DNA from: Vicinamibacterales bacterium
GTDB taxonomy: Bacteria > Acidobacteriota > Vicinamibacteria > Vicinamibacterales > UBA2999
Reading direction: 5' to 3'
Length of the DNA: 64,000 nt
Assembly (NCBI GenBank): GCA_038919385.1
Contig: JBCKZH010000004.1
Location: 1,132-65,131, forward strand
Below, in pieces: positions 36,949-47,176 of this stretch (position 1 is its first letter; every line of letters starts with the position of its first letter). The translations under genes were made by a program, and so were the position numbers. The notes under the pieces are model-generated. The model worked only from the letters and a program-made list of their open reading frames with translations, was not told the DNA's origin and made no database searches.

Positions 36949-38496
36949 TCAGAGGCGTCGTTCGACGTTCGGGAAGGAATTCCACACCGGCACGCCGCAG
37001 AAGTGCGAGCCTTCGGTGCAGCGGGGCGACACGATCTTGTTGCGCAGCACGCACGGCGGGCCGAGGTAGCGCCCCAGTTGCGGATGGATCGCCTTGACCT
37101 GGGTGATCTCGTCCATCGACGCCAGGTAGATCTCTTCCTGCGCGTTGAAGCAGGTGCGCAGCGTCCACTTGTGCTGCAGGGCGATGAACGATCCCGACTC
37201 GACCAGTCGCAGCGCCTTGGCGTTGGGCACGACGTAGAGCGCGTACTCGAGCGGTACGCCAAGCGCGAGCAGCTTGTTCTTGGCCGCCCACGCGACGGCC
37301 ATGGCCTGCTCGTAGACCACCAGGGCCTGGGCGTTCTGGCGAATCAGGCGCGGCGTGATGTAGTCGGGCGCCGTCGTGTCGGCCAGCGTCATCATCGGCC
37401 GCGACGCCGGCACCATGCGGTGGCGCTGGTCCTGCGAGTCGGCGGTGTGGCTCAGCTTCTTCTCGAACACGTAGCTGGCGTGGTTGAGCGTGCGCATCAT
37501 CGGCGAGTGATACGCGACGTCGAGCATGTCGGCGCGATACGGATTGCGCGCCGGGTTCATCACCCGGTCGATCGCCTCCTCGTCTCCCATTTCGACGGTG
37601 GTGATGCCGAAGGTGGCGCGCACGGCGTCGGCCACCACGCGCTCGGCGCCCGCCGACCAGTCGCGCAGGCGCGAGACGCGGCCCTGCAGGCGGCGGTCGA
37701 ACTCGGCGGCAAAGGCGTCGCCCGACGCGCGGGTGTTCGGGAACTGCAGCTCGGGCATCGCCTCGCGGGCGAAGGTATCGAGACCGATCTTCTCGAAGAA
37801 CATCGGGTCGACTTCCTTGACGAGGTCGACCATGGCGCCAATCACCATGGCGGCTTCGTACGGCACGTCGCCCGCATTGAGCATGCGGTGCAGACGATGC
37901 AAGACGATGCCAGACACGGTGTGCACCATCGACGTGAAAGCGCCGATCGGAATCACGTAACGCGCGGTTTCGATCGCCTTCTTCTCGGCCTCGCGTTCCA
38001 CGGTCTTGAGGCGCGCCTGCGAATTGGTCGGCCGGACGTACCGCAGCTCTTTCAGGATCGCCCACGCATCGTCTTTGAGAAGGGCGGAGAGCTTTCCGTA
38101 GGAGTCCCAGGCCTTGAGCACGGCCTGCTCGTAGACGTCCAGTGCCTCGCCGGTGATCGGCGGCACGAACGCGCGCGGCTCGTTCAGCTTGACGTAGCGC
38201 TGGCTCGACTGTTCCGAGTTGTAGAACGGATGCGAGTGCAGGACACTCCACACCAGCTGGCGCGAGATGTTCTCCAGCCCGAACTCGAAGTGTGCGTGCT
38301 GGAAGACGGTGTGGTGGCCGCCTTCAAACGTGAGGGGGCCAATCGAGTCTCGTTGCTTGTCGGTGATCTCGCTGCGCTCGATCACTCGCGGCGAATAGCA
38401 CGTGCGGGCCGCCGCAATGGCGCCGTCGTACGGCACGGCCGGCGATGACAGCAGGGTGACTTTGGGCGGCGCAGTGTCGAGAGCAACGGCTGGCAT
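36949..38496 (-). CDS. thyX: Tandem two-domain flavin-dependent thymidylate synthase
   Basis: AARTCYS, GH.TVFQH and SQRYV in the N-half; QRHR and LRTC.NAQEEI in the C-half; start set to ATG 38496. Confidence 0.8.
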   Translation of the reverse strand: MPAVALDTAPPKVTLLSSPAVPYDGAIAAARTCYSPRVIERSEITDKQRDSIGPLTFEGGHHTVFQHAHFEFGLENISRQLVWSVLHSHPFYNSEQSSQRYVKLNEPRAFVPPITGEALDVYEQAVLKAWDSYGKLSALLKDDAWAILKELRYVRPTNSQARLKTVEREAEKKAIETARYVIPIGAFTSMVHTVSGIVLHRLHRMLNAGDVPYEAAMVIGAMVDLVKEVDPMFFEKIGLDTFAREAMPELQFPNTRASGDAFAAEFDRRLQGRVSRLRDWSAGAERVVADAVRATFGITTVEMGDEEAIDRVMNPARNPYRADMLDVAYHSPMMRTLNHASYVFEKKLSHTADSQDQRHRMVPASRPMMTLADTTAPDYITPRLIRQNAQALVVYEQAMAVAWAAKNKLLALGVPLEYALYVVPNAKALRLVESGSFIALQHKWTLRTCFNAQEEIYLASMDEITQVKAIHPQLGRYLGPPCVLRNKIVSPRCTEGSHFCGVPVWNSFPNVERRL

Positions 38497-38651
38497 TTTG
38501 AAAAAGAGCCTGTCCGCCGTAGCGCAAAGCGCGAAGGCGGGATGCATGTGATTATACGCGCTCACCCGCTGTTTCCCGCGGTCGAGCTCAGTGCTAATAT
38601 CCGCGAGGATCCCCCGGGATACTCCCGGGGGACACAATAAGGATTGTCACC

Positions 38652-39047
38652 ATGGCACACCTGATCGGAACACTCGCGTTGGCGCTCGTGCTCTCACCAC
38701 TCGTGGTTTCGGCCCAGCTCGCGCCGGCGGACGCCGGCAGCTTCATCGGCAACTGGACGCTCTCGCTCGACGGCCCCCAGGGCGCGTTCGAGCAGTCACT
38801 CGCCTTGAAGGACGAGTCCGGCAAAGTGGTTGGCGAGATGACCAACCAGATGCAGCCGGAGGTCCAGAAGGTGACCGACGTCTCGAAGGACAAGGACAGC
38901 CTGGTGCTGAAGTTCGCTGGCAACTTCCAGGGCAACCCGTTTGATGCGGTGGTCACCTTGACCCCGGACGGCACCGACAAGGTGAAAGTGCTGTTCGACA
39001 TCAACGGCGGGCAGTTCTCGATGAGCGGAACCGGAACCAAGAAGTAG
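38652..39047 (+). CDS. Secreted hypothetical beta-rich protein
   Basis: Signal peptide; FIGNWTL; host-like codon usage. Confidence 0.8.
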   Translation: MAHLIGTLALALVLSPLVVSAQLAPADAGSFIGNWTLSLDGPQGAFEQSLALKDESGKVVGEMTNQMQPEVQKVTDVSKDKDSLVLKFAGNFQGNPFDAVVTLTPDGTDKVKVLFDINGGQFSMSGTGTKK

Positions 39048-39052
39048 GTCAG

Positions 39053-39104
39053 CTCCCGACGGGAAGGCACTCCTTGTCGGGAGGGCACTTCTCGTCGGGA
39101 GGGG
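39053..39104. repeat. 18-bp tandem repeat GTCGGGAGGGCACT-N4
   Basis: About 2.5 units plus an inverted CTCCCGAC; the same unit occurs inside hpnC. Confidence 0.8.
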
Positions 39105-39142
39105 CGCACGAGACTACGCGCGACTCGGACTGACGCCCGCAC

Positions 39143-39859
39143 CTAGAACATCCATTGCGGGACGCATCTCCAAGCCTTCCTTAGAGATTGATCAAGCAGC
39201 TTGAACCCTGGCTCATATGACGCCAGCAATCTCCAAAAGTCGCCGGAATGGTTCATGTGGACGGTGTGGCAGAGTTCGTGGACGAGGACATAGCGCAAGA
39301 GTTCGGGAGGAAGAAATAGCAGCTTTGTGTTGAGAGAGAGATTCCGCTGTGCCGAGCAACTGGCCCAGCGGGTGCGCTGGCTCTTCACGAGCAGACCGCC
39401 GAGTTTCAGGCGGTGTTTGGTGGCGATGTTCTCGGCGAGCGGAAACAAGCCCTCACGCACTCGGAGACGCAGCCAGTCTTTGAGCTTGCGAATCACGGAT
39501 TCTCGCTCCAGCACTGCGCCGCTGATGACCAACTTCCCCTTCTCAGCTCGCAGCCAGAGGCCCGAGCGCGCTGCATCTTCCTTGTAAACGACAGTCCAGG
39601 TCTCACCGAGGGCGGTTAGCTTTACGCTTTCTGGCAGATGCGTCACCGGCTTGGGTTCAAGGAAGCGCTTGGCCTCGTTCACGCGTTTTATGGCATCAGC
39701 GATCCACACCTTCTTTCGCTTCAGGATGCCGGGAATCTTCTTCTCATCGAAGCTCGACGGCACTACCACGCAGAGGCCGTCCTCCCGCGTCACTTTGAGA
39801 CGCAGGCTCTTCGAGCGCGGACTGCGCCGGACTTGGTAATCAGGGAGCGCTGTCTTCAT
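39143..39859 (-). CDS. YgjP/SprT-like (M48, DUF45) metallopeptidase
   Basis: RTRWASCS, YVLVHELCH..HMNHS..FW; typical neighbour of hsdR. Confidence 0.9.
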   Translation of the reverse strand: MKTALPDYQVRRSPRSKSLRLKVTREDGLCVVVPSSFDEKKIPGILKRKKVWIADAIKRVNEAKRFLEPKPVTHLPESVKLTALGETWTVVYKEDAARSGLWLRAEKGKLVISGAVLERESVIRKLKDWLRLRVREGLFPLAENIATKHRLKLGGLLVKSQRTRWASCSAQRNLSLNTKLLFLPPELLRYVLVHELCHTVHMNHSGDFWRLLASYEPGFKLLDQSLRKAWRCVPQWMF

Positions 39860-42857
39860 CGATCTGTCCCACGAAGCGGGTCTTCTCCAGCAGGCGCATG
39901 GCACGATCGGTGAAGCCGGTCGCGGGCATGTGGAGGTTGGCGTCCTTGAACTGCTGCACCAGCACCCTGGTGATTCCCAGGAAGAGGTCGCTCTTCACGT
40001 CGCTCTTCAGATGCCAGTTCGTGAAGCAAATCGTGCGGGCCTCCCCGATGATCGCTACCGCAATCGCCGCCGCCTGCTCCTCGGTGAGCGCCGGGTTTAT
40101 CTCCCGCGCCGCATGAGCGATGGACTGCTCGACGGGCTTCTTGCTTTCGTTCACGAGGTCCACAACCTCTGCCGCCAGTCCTTCGAGTGCGGATATGAGC
40201 GCGATGCCCGCCAGAGCGCCGTTTCGCTTTTGGTCAATGATGCGTTTGAGCTTCTCGCTCAGAGGTTCGGCCTGCGGGTCTTCGTCCACGCGAATCTTCA
40301 GTTCCGCAGCCAGCATCGCCTCGATGTCGAGGGCCTTGGAGTCAGGATCGATATCCTTGAGCTTGGTGAGGTAATTCTCATCGAGCACGTATGTCGGGAA
40401 CTCGTCTTTGATCTGACCCACGTCGATGTGCTCGCGAATCAGTTCACGCGTCTTGGCTCCGTCCGCCGCTGAGGTCTCGAACTTCTCCAGCGGATAAAAC
40501 TTCTTCCGGTACACCAGGTAGAGCTTGCTCAGCCACACGAAGTCGGCCCGGTGCGGCATCAGGAAGTCATCAGGCTCCAGTAGTTCGTAGAGTTGGCGAA
40601 TCTTCACGTAGCCATTTTCGAACTTGTCGCGGGCGGGCTCGTTCTTGTTGAAGAAGGCCAGGATGCGCATGAGCGACGAATGCGAGCCGGCCTTCTCGAA
40701 TCCTTTGAGCAGGTCCAGAACCGTCTCCAAGTGAAGCTTGAACTCCTCCCGCACCACGCGCAGCGGGAAGGCCACGTCGCCCAGCTCCGATTTGTCGTAG
40801 CGCAGCGCTTCGTTGAGGTGGCTGAAGACGCCCCAGAAGTCGCGGATGACACCTTCCTTCTTGAGTTCGTTGTAGGGGCGGTTCACCCGCGCGATGGCCT
40901 GCAGTAGAGTGTGATTCTTCAGGCCCTTGTCGAGATACATCGTCTGCACGATGGGCGCGTCGAAACCAGTCAGGAGCATGTCGCAAACGATGATGATCTC
41001 CGCTTTCCGCCAGCGTTGCTCTTCCTTGCCCTGATCCTCCGGCTTGTCGGAGGGCAGCTTGCGGAACTCCCGAATGGCCTTGGCCCGCGTCTCCTTGCCG
41101 AGGTCGAGGTTCTTCACCATCTGCGGAATTTTTTCGTCCCGTTGGTTCACATCGGAGAAGATCGCGACGCTGACCTCAGCACCAAGCAGCGTGTCCAGCG
41201 CCGCCTTGTAGAGCGCGACGGTCTCCTTGTTGTAGCAGACCAGCATGGCCTTGAACTTGTTCGGTCGAACGTGCTTCACGAAATGATCGGCCACCTCGCC
41301 AGCGATGTCCGCGATGCGCTGCGGCAGCTTCACCATCACATCAATGACGGCGTTCTCCTTCTTGAGTTGTTCGCGCTCGCCTTCGGGCAGGTGGGCAAAG
41401 GCGGCATCGAACTTCGCGTCCAGTTCCTTGCCCCACAGCTCCCAGTCACGCGGACTGGGCTCCCACAAGAGGCGCAGAGTGGCACCGTCGCGGATGGAGT
41501 CGGCAATGGAGTAGCGCGGCTCGATGTAGCGTTCGAACTTCGTGATGCCGGTGTCATCGGTGGACAGCTCCCTACCAAAGGCGCGGGGCGTGTTGTGGTC
41601 GTCAATCTCGATGGGCGTGCCGGTGAAGCCGAAGAGCGAGGCTTCCTTGAGCACGAAGCGCATGGCCGTGCCGAGGTCGCCTTCCTGCGTGCGATGGGCC
41701 TCGTCCACCAGCACGATCACGTTGGGTCGGTCTACTTGGAAGTCGCCCGGTTCAAACTTGTGCATGATCGTTACGATGATGCCCCGGTAGCCGTCGCGCA
41801 GCTTCGCCAGCAAGTCTTCGCGGCTGCTGGCGACGTGGCAGTTCTCGGTGTTCGTGCGGAAGAACTGGCCGCTGATTTGATCTTCCAGTTGGTCGCGGTC
41901 CACCACCACGATGATCGTCGGCATCTGCAGTTGGGGGTCGAACCACATCTTCCTTGCCGCGAAGAGCATGGTCAGGCTCTTGCCGGAGCCTTGGGTGTGC
42001 CATACGAGGCCGCGACGCCAGCCGCGCGATCTCTCGACCTCCCGCGCACGCTTCACCAGTTCATTGGCAGCGCCGAACTGCTGCCAGCGGGCCACCTTCT
42101 TGATGCGCTGGCCCTGCTCATTGTCGAAGACCACGAAGTTCCGCAGCAGGTCGAGCAGGTTGGCGCGGTTACACAGACCGTGGATGCCGCTTTCCAGTTC
42201 GTTCTCGCCATCGCCCGGCGAGCGCCAAGTCTGCCAGTAGTGGAACTTTACGCCCGGCACGCCGTAGCGCAATGTGACCTCGTTCACGGCCACGCAGAAA
42301 ACGTTGGAGTGATAAAGCCGCGGCGCTTCACGGAGGTAGCGCCCGCATTGTTTCGCGCCTTCCGTCCAGTCGTTGTGCCAATCACGGGCCGTGGTCTTCT
42401 CCTCAATGTTCATCAGCGGGATGCCGTTGACGAAGAGCAGCACGTCCGTGCGGATGCGGTGATCGCCACCATCCACCCAGAATTGACTCGTGGCGAGAAA
42501 ATCGTTGCTCTCCAGGGCCTCGTAGTCCATCAGCCGTATCGCCTGCGCATTCTCGTTCACGCTGAACTTGTAGGTCTTCTCGTTGCGCAGCCATGAAATC
42601 CATTCCGCGTTGTCGCGGACACCGCGCAACTGAGTCACGATCGCCTCGGCGCGGAGATCATCGGTGATCACGTCAGGGTTCAGGTCCTTGAGCTTCTGGC
42701 GCAGGATGGGCAGTAGGAGCACCTCCACCTCGTCCGAGCGATAGAGCCTGCTGACAGCGGCTTGATCCTTGAAGCGCCACCCCAGCTTTGGCGACACCAG
42801 CCATTCGATGATGGGATGCTCGACGGTGTTCTCTTCGTTCCATTTCTTCGTGGGCAT
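39840..42857 (-). CDS. hsdR: Type I restriction enzyme R subunit
   Basis: D..LFVNGIPL..IEEK, WHTQGSGKS, DEAHR, FTGTP, MLLTGFDAP and QAIARVNR motifs. Confidence 0.95.
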   Translation of the reverse strand: MPTKKWNEENTVEHPIIEWLVSPKLGWRFKDQAAVSRLYRSDEVEVLLLPILRQKLKDLNPDVITDDLRAEAIVTQLRGVRDNAEWISWLRNEKTYKFSVNENAQAIRLMDYEALESNDFLATSQFWVDGGDHRIRTDVLLFVNGIPLMNIEEKTTARDWHNDWTEGAKQCGRYLREAPRLYHSNVFCVAVNEVTLRYGVPGVKFHYWQTWRSPGDGENELESGIHGLCNRANLLDLLRNFVVFDNEQGQRIKKVARWQQFGAANELVKRAREVERSRGWRRGLVWHTQGSGKSLTMLFAARKMWFDPQLQMPTIIVVVDRDQLEDQISGQFFRTNTENCHVASSREDLLAKLRDGYRGIIVTIMHKFEPGDFQVDRPNVIVLVDEAHRTQEGDLGTAMRFVLKEASLFGFTGTPIEIDDHNTPRAFGRELSTDDTGITKFERYIEPRYSIADSIRDGATLRLLWEPSPRDWELWGKELDAKFDAAFAHLPEGEREQLKKENAVIDVMVKLPQRIADIAGEVADHFVKHVRPNKFKAMLVCYNKETVALYKAALDTLLGAEVSVAIFSDVNQRDEKIPQMVKNLDLGKETRAKAIREFRKLPSDKPEDQGKEEQRWRKAEIIIVCDMLLTGFDAPIVQTMYLDKGLKNHTLLQAIARVNRPYNELKKEGVIRDFWGVFSHLNEALRYDKSELGDVAFPLRVVREEFKLHLETVLDLLKGFEKAGSHSSLMRILAFFNKNEPARDKFENGYVKIRQLYELLEPDDFLMPHRADFVWLSKLYLVYRKKFYPLEKFETSAADGAKTRELIREHIDVGQIKDEFPTYVLDENYLTKLKDIDPDSKALDIEAMLAAELKIRVDEDPQAEPLSEKLKRIIDQKRNGALAGIALISALEGLAAEVVDLVNESKKPVEQSIAHAAREINPALTEEQAAAIAVAIIGEARTICFTNWHLKSDVKSDLFLGITRVLVQQFKDANLHMPATGFTDRAMRLLEKTRFVGQIDEDSAP

Positions 42858-42862
42858 AGTGG

Positions 42863-43900
42863 TCAGGGCTTCTTGGGTGTCTTGCGGGTGCGCTTGCTCT
42901 TCTCCAAATGCTTCACCTGCTGGATGGCTTCAATGAAATGCTGCTCCACCAGAGACGGCTTTGCTGCCTCGAGGGTGCGGAACTTTTCAAACTCCATCTC
43001 CGCTTTCGCCAGCGCCGTCTCGTGAGTTACGCGGCCTGCATGAGTAAGAATCTCCCGCTCACTGATGCACATGAAATCATCCAGCTTGGCGATCCAGTCG
43101 CGCATCGTCATCACGCGGCGGCTGCGCGCCTGAAGTTCGGCGAAGTCGAGGTAGAGCGAGACAATGAGGTTCAAGTCTTCGAGTTCCGTCTGGTTCAGGT
43201 AGTTCTTGGCCACCGCCACATCCGTCTTGCGCGGGCGGGTGCCGGGCCAGATCCTCAGGCCCATGTTGGGCTTTGCGGCGTCGGCGCGGGCGGCGATGAC
43301 CTCCGCTGCCGTCTGCCCGTGAGCGGCCCAGTGCATCTTGTTCTGCACCGTGGCGAAGAATAACTGCGACGCCTCCGCGCGCGGCTCGTAGTCCGCACTG
43401 GTGGCGTAAATGTCCAGCACCTTGCGCCAGAACACTTTTTCCGATGACCGGATGTCGCGAATGCGCTCCAGCAACTCATCGAAGTAGGCGCCGCCGCCCG
43501 TCTGCTTCAGCCGCTCATCGTCCATCGTGAAGCCCTTCACGATGTAGTCCCGCAGCCGCTGCGTGGCCCAGATGCGGAACTGCGTGCCGCGCAACGACTT
43601 CACCCGGTAACCCACCGAAATGATCACATCCAGGTTGTAGTGCTGCGTGGCGTAGCTCTTGCCGTCGGTGGCAGTGGTTAAGAATTCCTTAACCACTGAA
43701 CCCGCCGGTAGCTCGCCCTCGGCAAAGACGTTGCGAATGTGCATGCTCACATTCGGAACCGACGTCTGGAACAACTCCGCCATCAGTTTCTGCGTGAGCC
43801 AGACCGTTTCATCCTCCAACCGCACCTGCACGCGCGTCTGCCCGTCCTCCGTCTGGTAGAGGATCAGGCTGGACTGCGGCGCTGGCTCGGGCGTGCTCAT
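42863..43900 (-). CDS. rhuM: RhuM-family protein
   Basis: VWLTQ..MAELF, YNLDVIISVGYRVKS..FRIWA and RIRDIRSSEK motifs. Confidence 0.92.
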   Translation of the reverse strand: MSTPEPAPQSSLILYQTEDGQTRVQVRLEDETVWLTQKLMAELFQTSVPNVSMHIRNVFAEGELPAGSVVKEFLTTATDGKSYATQHYNLDVIISVGYRVKSLRGTQFRIWATQRLRDYIVKGFTMDDERLKQTGGGAYFDELLERIRDIRSSEKVFWRKVLDIYATSADYEPRAEASQLFFATVQNKMHWAAHGQTAAEVIAARADAAKPNMGLRIWPGTRPRKTDVAVAKNYLNQTELEDLNLIVSLYLDFAELQARSRRVMTMRDWIAKLDDFMCISEREILTHAGRVTHETALAKAEMEFEKFRTLEAAKPSLVEQHFIEAIQQVKHLEKSKRTRKTPKKP

Positions 43901-45156
43901 GGCTTCAGGCGCAGCTTGCCCGTGAGGAGGTTTTGCAGGAGCGACTGCTTCACGCGGCAGGCGGCGGTGAGTTGTTTTTGAAGCTCAATAACAAGGTCAT
44001 CTGCAGCATTGATCGCCTCGATGATCTCATCCTGCTCTTCTGGTTGGGGCAGCGGAATCAAGAACTTGCTGAGTGAGCGCGCACCCAAATTGAAATTTCC
44101 AGCCGAAGTATTCGCAAGGCAGTTGGCCTGAATGCGCCCGGTTCTTCCCAGAAGCACATAATTCAAAAATGCGCCCCGAAGCCGCCGCTCATCCACCCGA
44201 ATGCGAATGAGGTAGGACGCGAAGATCGTAAGCTCACTCAGAACACCGTCGGGAATCACGGTGGAGCGCCCGATGTAACTTGGATTGCCATTCGTCCGCA
44301 CCGCGAGCACGTCATGCGGTTTCAAAGCGAGAGCCTCCTTTTCCTGCTCAGACACCTCCGCGTATGGGAGTTCCCCAAGCACAAACCGCGAACAAAGCAC
44401 TTGTGGAATCGCGATTACGGGAACACCTCCCTGATAATCGTTGGATGACTGGTTAGTGCCGTAGTCAATCTGGGGCTTGAGCACCTTCAGCTCTACCTGA
44501 TCCCACTGGCTGTTTACGGTGAAGTGATAACCGTAACGCTTCGCCGTCTTTGTGTTCGTGCGCGTGTGCAGTCCTGTTGTCGTTCCCTGCTCAACGAGCC
44601 CCTTCTTCACCCGCTCGGCCTTGCGGATTTGCTCTTCGATGGCGCGGATGTGGTCGTCCGCCGCCTTCAGCGTCTCGGCGATGCGGGTTTGTTCGGCGAG
44701 GTCGTTTGGAACGAGGCATTTGAGCTGTGAAAAGTGCCGAGCCGTTACAGCGTCGAAAGTCGATCCCTGAGCTGCACGAGCCAAAGGCCTCCGCCAGCGG
44801 TGCATAGCATGAAAGAAAAAGTCGGAATCTAAACTGATGGGTCGCATGGCCGCGACTCCACGGCCCAAAGCGTATTGGCGATCTGCCCTACATAATTCCC
44901 CGACAGGTGCGCGGACACTAATAAGGGTGTCATTCGCTTCACATGTCTTTCCGGCTTGGCGGGTGCAGACTTTGGTTTGCGGGAATGTATCCGTGAAATC
45001 GGCATTGCCTTGAAGGAACGGCATGCCCTCACCAATCTCATTGTAGTGTTCGGAATCGGGTGATTGGCCGAAGACGAACAACACTTCTCCGCTTAAAGGC
45101 GACAAGCGCCAACCTGCGGGCTTGTCCTTGAATTCAGGCAGATCAGTCCAACGCAT
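43897..45156 (-). CDS. hsdS: Type I RM specificity subunit
   Basis: Two TRDs, each followed by P...EQ..I helical spacers; ends LLTGK; lower GC. Confidence 0.92.
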   Translation of the reverse strand: MRWTDLPEFKDKPAGWRLSPLSGEVLFVFGQSPDSEHYNEIGEGMPFLQGNADFTDTFPQTKVCTRQAGKTCEANDTLISVRAPVGELCRADRQYALGRGVAAMRPISLDSDFFFHAMHRWRRPLARAAQGSTFDAVTARHFSQLKCLVPNDLAEQTRIAETLKAADDHIRAIEEQIRKAERVKKGLVEQGTTTGLHTRTNTKTAKRYGYHFTVNSQWDQVELKVLKPQIDYGTNQSSNDYQGGVPVIAIPQVLCSRFVLGELPYAEVSEQEKEALALKPHDVLAVRTNGNPSYIGRSTVIPDGVLSELTIFASYLIRIRVDERRLRGAFLNYVLLGRTGRIQANCLANTSAGNFNLGARSLSKFLIPLPQPEEQDEIIEAINAADDLVIELQKQLTAACRVKQSLLQNLLTGKLRLKP

Positions 45157-45157
45157 A

Positions 45158-46522
45158 TCAGGCTTTCAAAATGGTTTGAAGTTTCTTGCCCGCTTCCGAC
45201 GCGGTTTGACTCGCACGACCGAGTTCCTCCAACGCCGGCCCCAGCTTAATCTCCTCCTCCGGCTCGAAGGTGTCCACGTAGCGAGGGAGGTTGAGGCTGT
45301 ATTCGTTTTCCTCGATTTCGGCTTTGTCTGCGATGACGAAGTAGCGGCGGGCCTCCTCGGGATCGGAACAGATTCGGCGGAGGTCGGTGACGGCTTCGTT
45401 CACCTCGGCGGTTTCGCGGCCGGCGCGGCGGTTGATCTCGGTGATGCGTTCGTCGCGCTCTTTCTCCAGCTTCTCCAGCGCCTTGATCTGGGCTTTGGCG
45501 ATCTTAAGGCGGGTCTTGGCTTCCTCCTTGGCATCCTTGGTGGCGAGCTTGATCGCGGCTTTGTCCAGCTTGTCATTCGCCAGCTTGCCCCAGATGGGAT
45601 GAGCGGCATCGGGCTTGGCCTGCCAGGCTTTGAAGCCGTCGGCGGTGAGGCTTTCCGTCTCCTCCTTCAGCACGGGCAGCGCCGCGAGCACCAGATCGTA
45701 GGCATCGCTGATCTGTTGGAGGTCCTGGGCGCGGTCGTGGGCAATTTCGTCGAGGATGGCCTGACCTTCGGCGGGGAGGATCTCCAGGGCTTTCGCGAGG
45801 TCGCCAAAGGCCCGCCACGGCAGCAAGGTGCGCAGGCAGTCGGCGCGGCGCATGATGCACTGGGGATTGGCATGCTGATAGTGGCGGCTGGCCCAGATCA
45901 TCAGCACGCGGCCCTTTCGCTCGGCCGACTTCTTTTTGTTCAGGATCGCGAGGCACGCGGGGACGTTGTTGCCGTAGAAGATGCCGGAGGGCAGGACAAC
46001 GACGGCCTCGATGAGGTCGTCCTTCAGGAAGCCGGAGCGGATGAGGTATTCGTCATCGGCCTTCTTGTTCCGCCCGTCCTCCTCCTCAGTGAGCTTGGGC
46101 TGGCCGCGAAAGAGGATGCCCTGGGACATGACGACGATGGCCTTGCCGTCTGGCTTGAGTGACTTGGCGATGTGCTGCATCCATGCGTAGTCGCCGTTGT
46201 CATTGGGCGGCGAGCCGTAGGTGAAGCGGTCGAAGGGGTCGCCATCGGTGACGCTGTCCGCGCCCCAGTCCTTGAGCGAGAACGGGGGATTCATGACGAT
46301 GCGGTCGAACTGCTGCAGCTTGCCGTCGGTGGTCTGGTGCTGGGGATCGCGCAAGCTGTCGCCGTGCTTCGGCTGCCAGGAGTTGATCCCGTGGAGGATC
46401 ATGTTGATGCGGGAGATGTTATACGTGGCGAGGTTGCTTTCTTGAGCAAAGAGGAAAAGGCGGGTTTGCGCCTGGGTCATGCGGCGGAGGGGGATGGAGA
46501 TGGTGGGTGTCTCGTCGGGCAT
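45158..46522 (-). pseudogene. hsdM: Type I RM methyltransferase with a large in-frame N-terminal deletion
   Basis: QE.N...NM.LHG, GDSL, NPPF and YSLNLPRY present; HsdM_N domain and motif I (DPxxGxG) absent. Confidence 0.8.
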
Positions 46523-46564
46523 TAGCTATAGTAGTCGTTACTCCTGTGTGCTCCAGCGGGCCAA

Positions 46565-47113
46565 CTAAACGTCTTCGTCCTCGTCGTCCTTGTCCCGTCG
46601 CGCGTGGTAGCGCGAGTACTCTTCGAGATAGGTGAGCGAAGCAAGCGACTCCATGCGGTCGAAGAACAGCACACCATCGAGGTGATCGGTTTCGTGCTGC
46701 ACGACCCGGGCGGGAAAATCCTTGAGGTCCAGTTCGAAGCGCTTGGCGTGGCGATCGAGCGCGGTAACCTTGATGTGCTGGTCGCGCGGCACGCGGCCGC
46801 GCACGTCGGGAATGCTCAGGCAACCCTCCCAGCCTTCCACGGTCTGGTCGCCGATGACGGTGATCTCGGGATTGATAAAGATGACGGCGTCGCCTTCGCC
46901 CTGGTCGTCGGCATCGAGCATGGCGACGAACACGCGCAGGCTCTCGTGCACCTGCGGCGCCGCCAGCCCGATGCCGGAATACTCGAACATGGTGTCGACC
47001 AGGCTGTCGATGAAGTCCTGCACGGACTGGGTCTTGAGTTCGAGCTTGTCGACGGTCCGGGCCTTGGCGCGAAGGACGGGATGCCCCATCCGGGCGACTT
47101 TAAGAATCGACAT
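46565..47113 (-). CDS. def: Peptide deformylase
   Basis: GIGLAAPQ, EGCLS and QHETDHLDG motifs. Confidence 0.96.
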   Translation of the reverse strand: MSILKVARMGHPVLRAKARTVDKLELKTQSVQDFIDSLVDTMFEYSGIGLAAPQVHESLRVFVAMLDADDQGEGDAVIFINPEITVIGDQTVEGWEGCLSIPDVRGRVPRDQHIKVTALDRHAKRFELDLKDFPARVVQHETDHLDGVLFFDRMESLASLTYLEEYSRYHARRDKDDEDEDV

Positions 47114-47134
47114 GATCAAATTCTATACTGGGGG

Positions 47135-47170
47135 GCTTGCGGCCTGCGGCTTGCGGCTTGAGACTTGAGG
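47135..47170. repeat. Heptamer repeat (GCTTGCG/GCTTGAG)n
   Basis: Five imperfect units in the divergent intergenic region. Confidence 0.75.
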
Positions 47171-47176
47171 GGGCAG

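Noticed and set aside
39053-39104. CRISPR array from the 18-bp or heptamer repeats
   Set aside because: Units are contiguous with no unique spacers, and there are no cas genes
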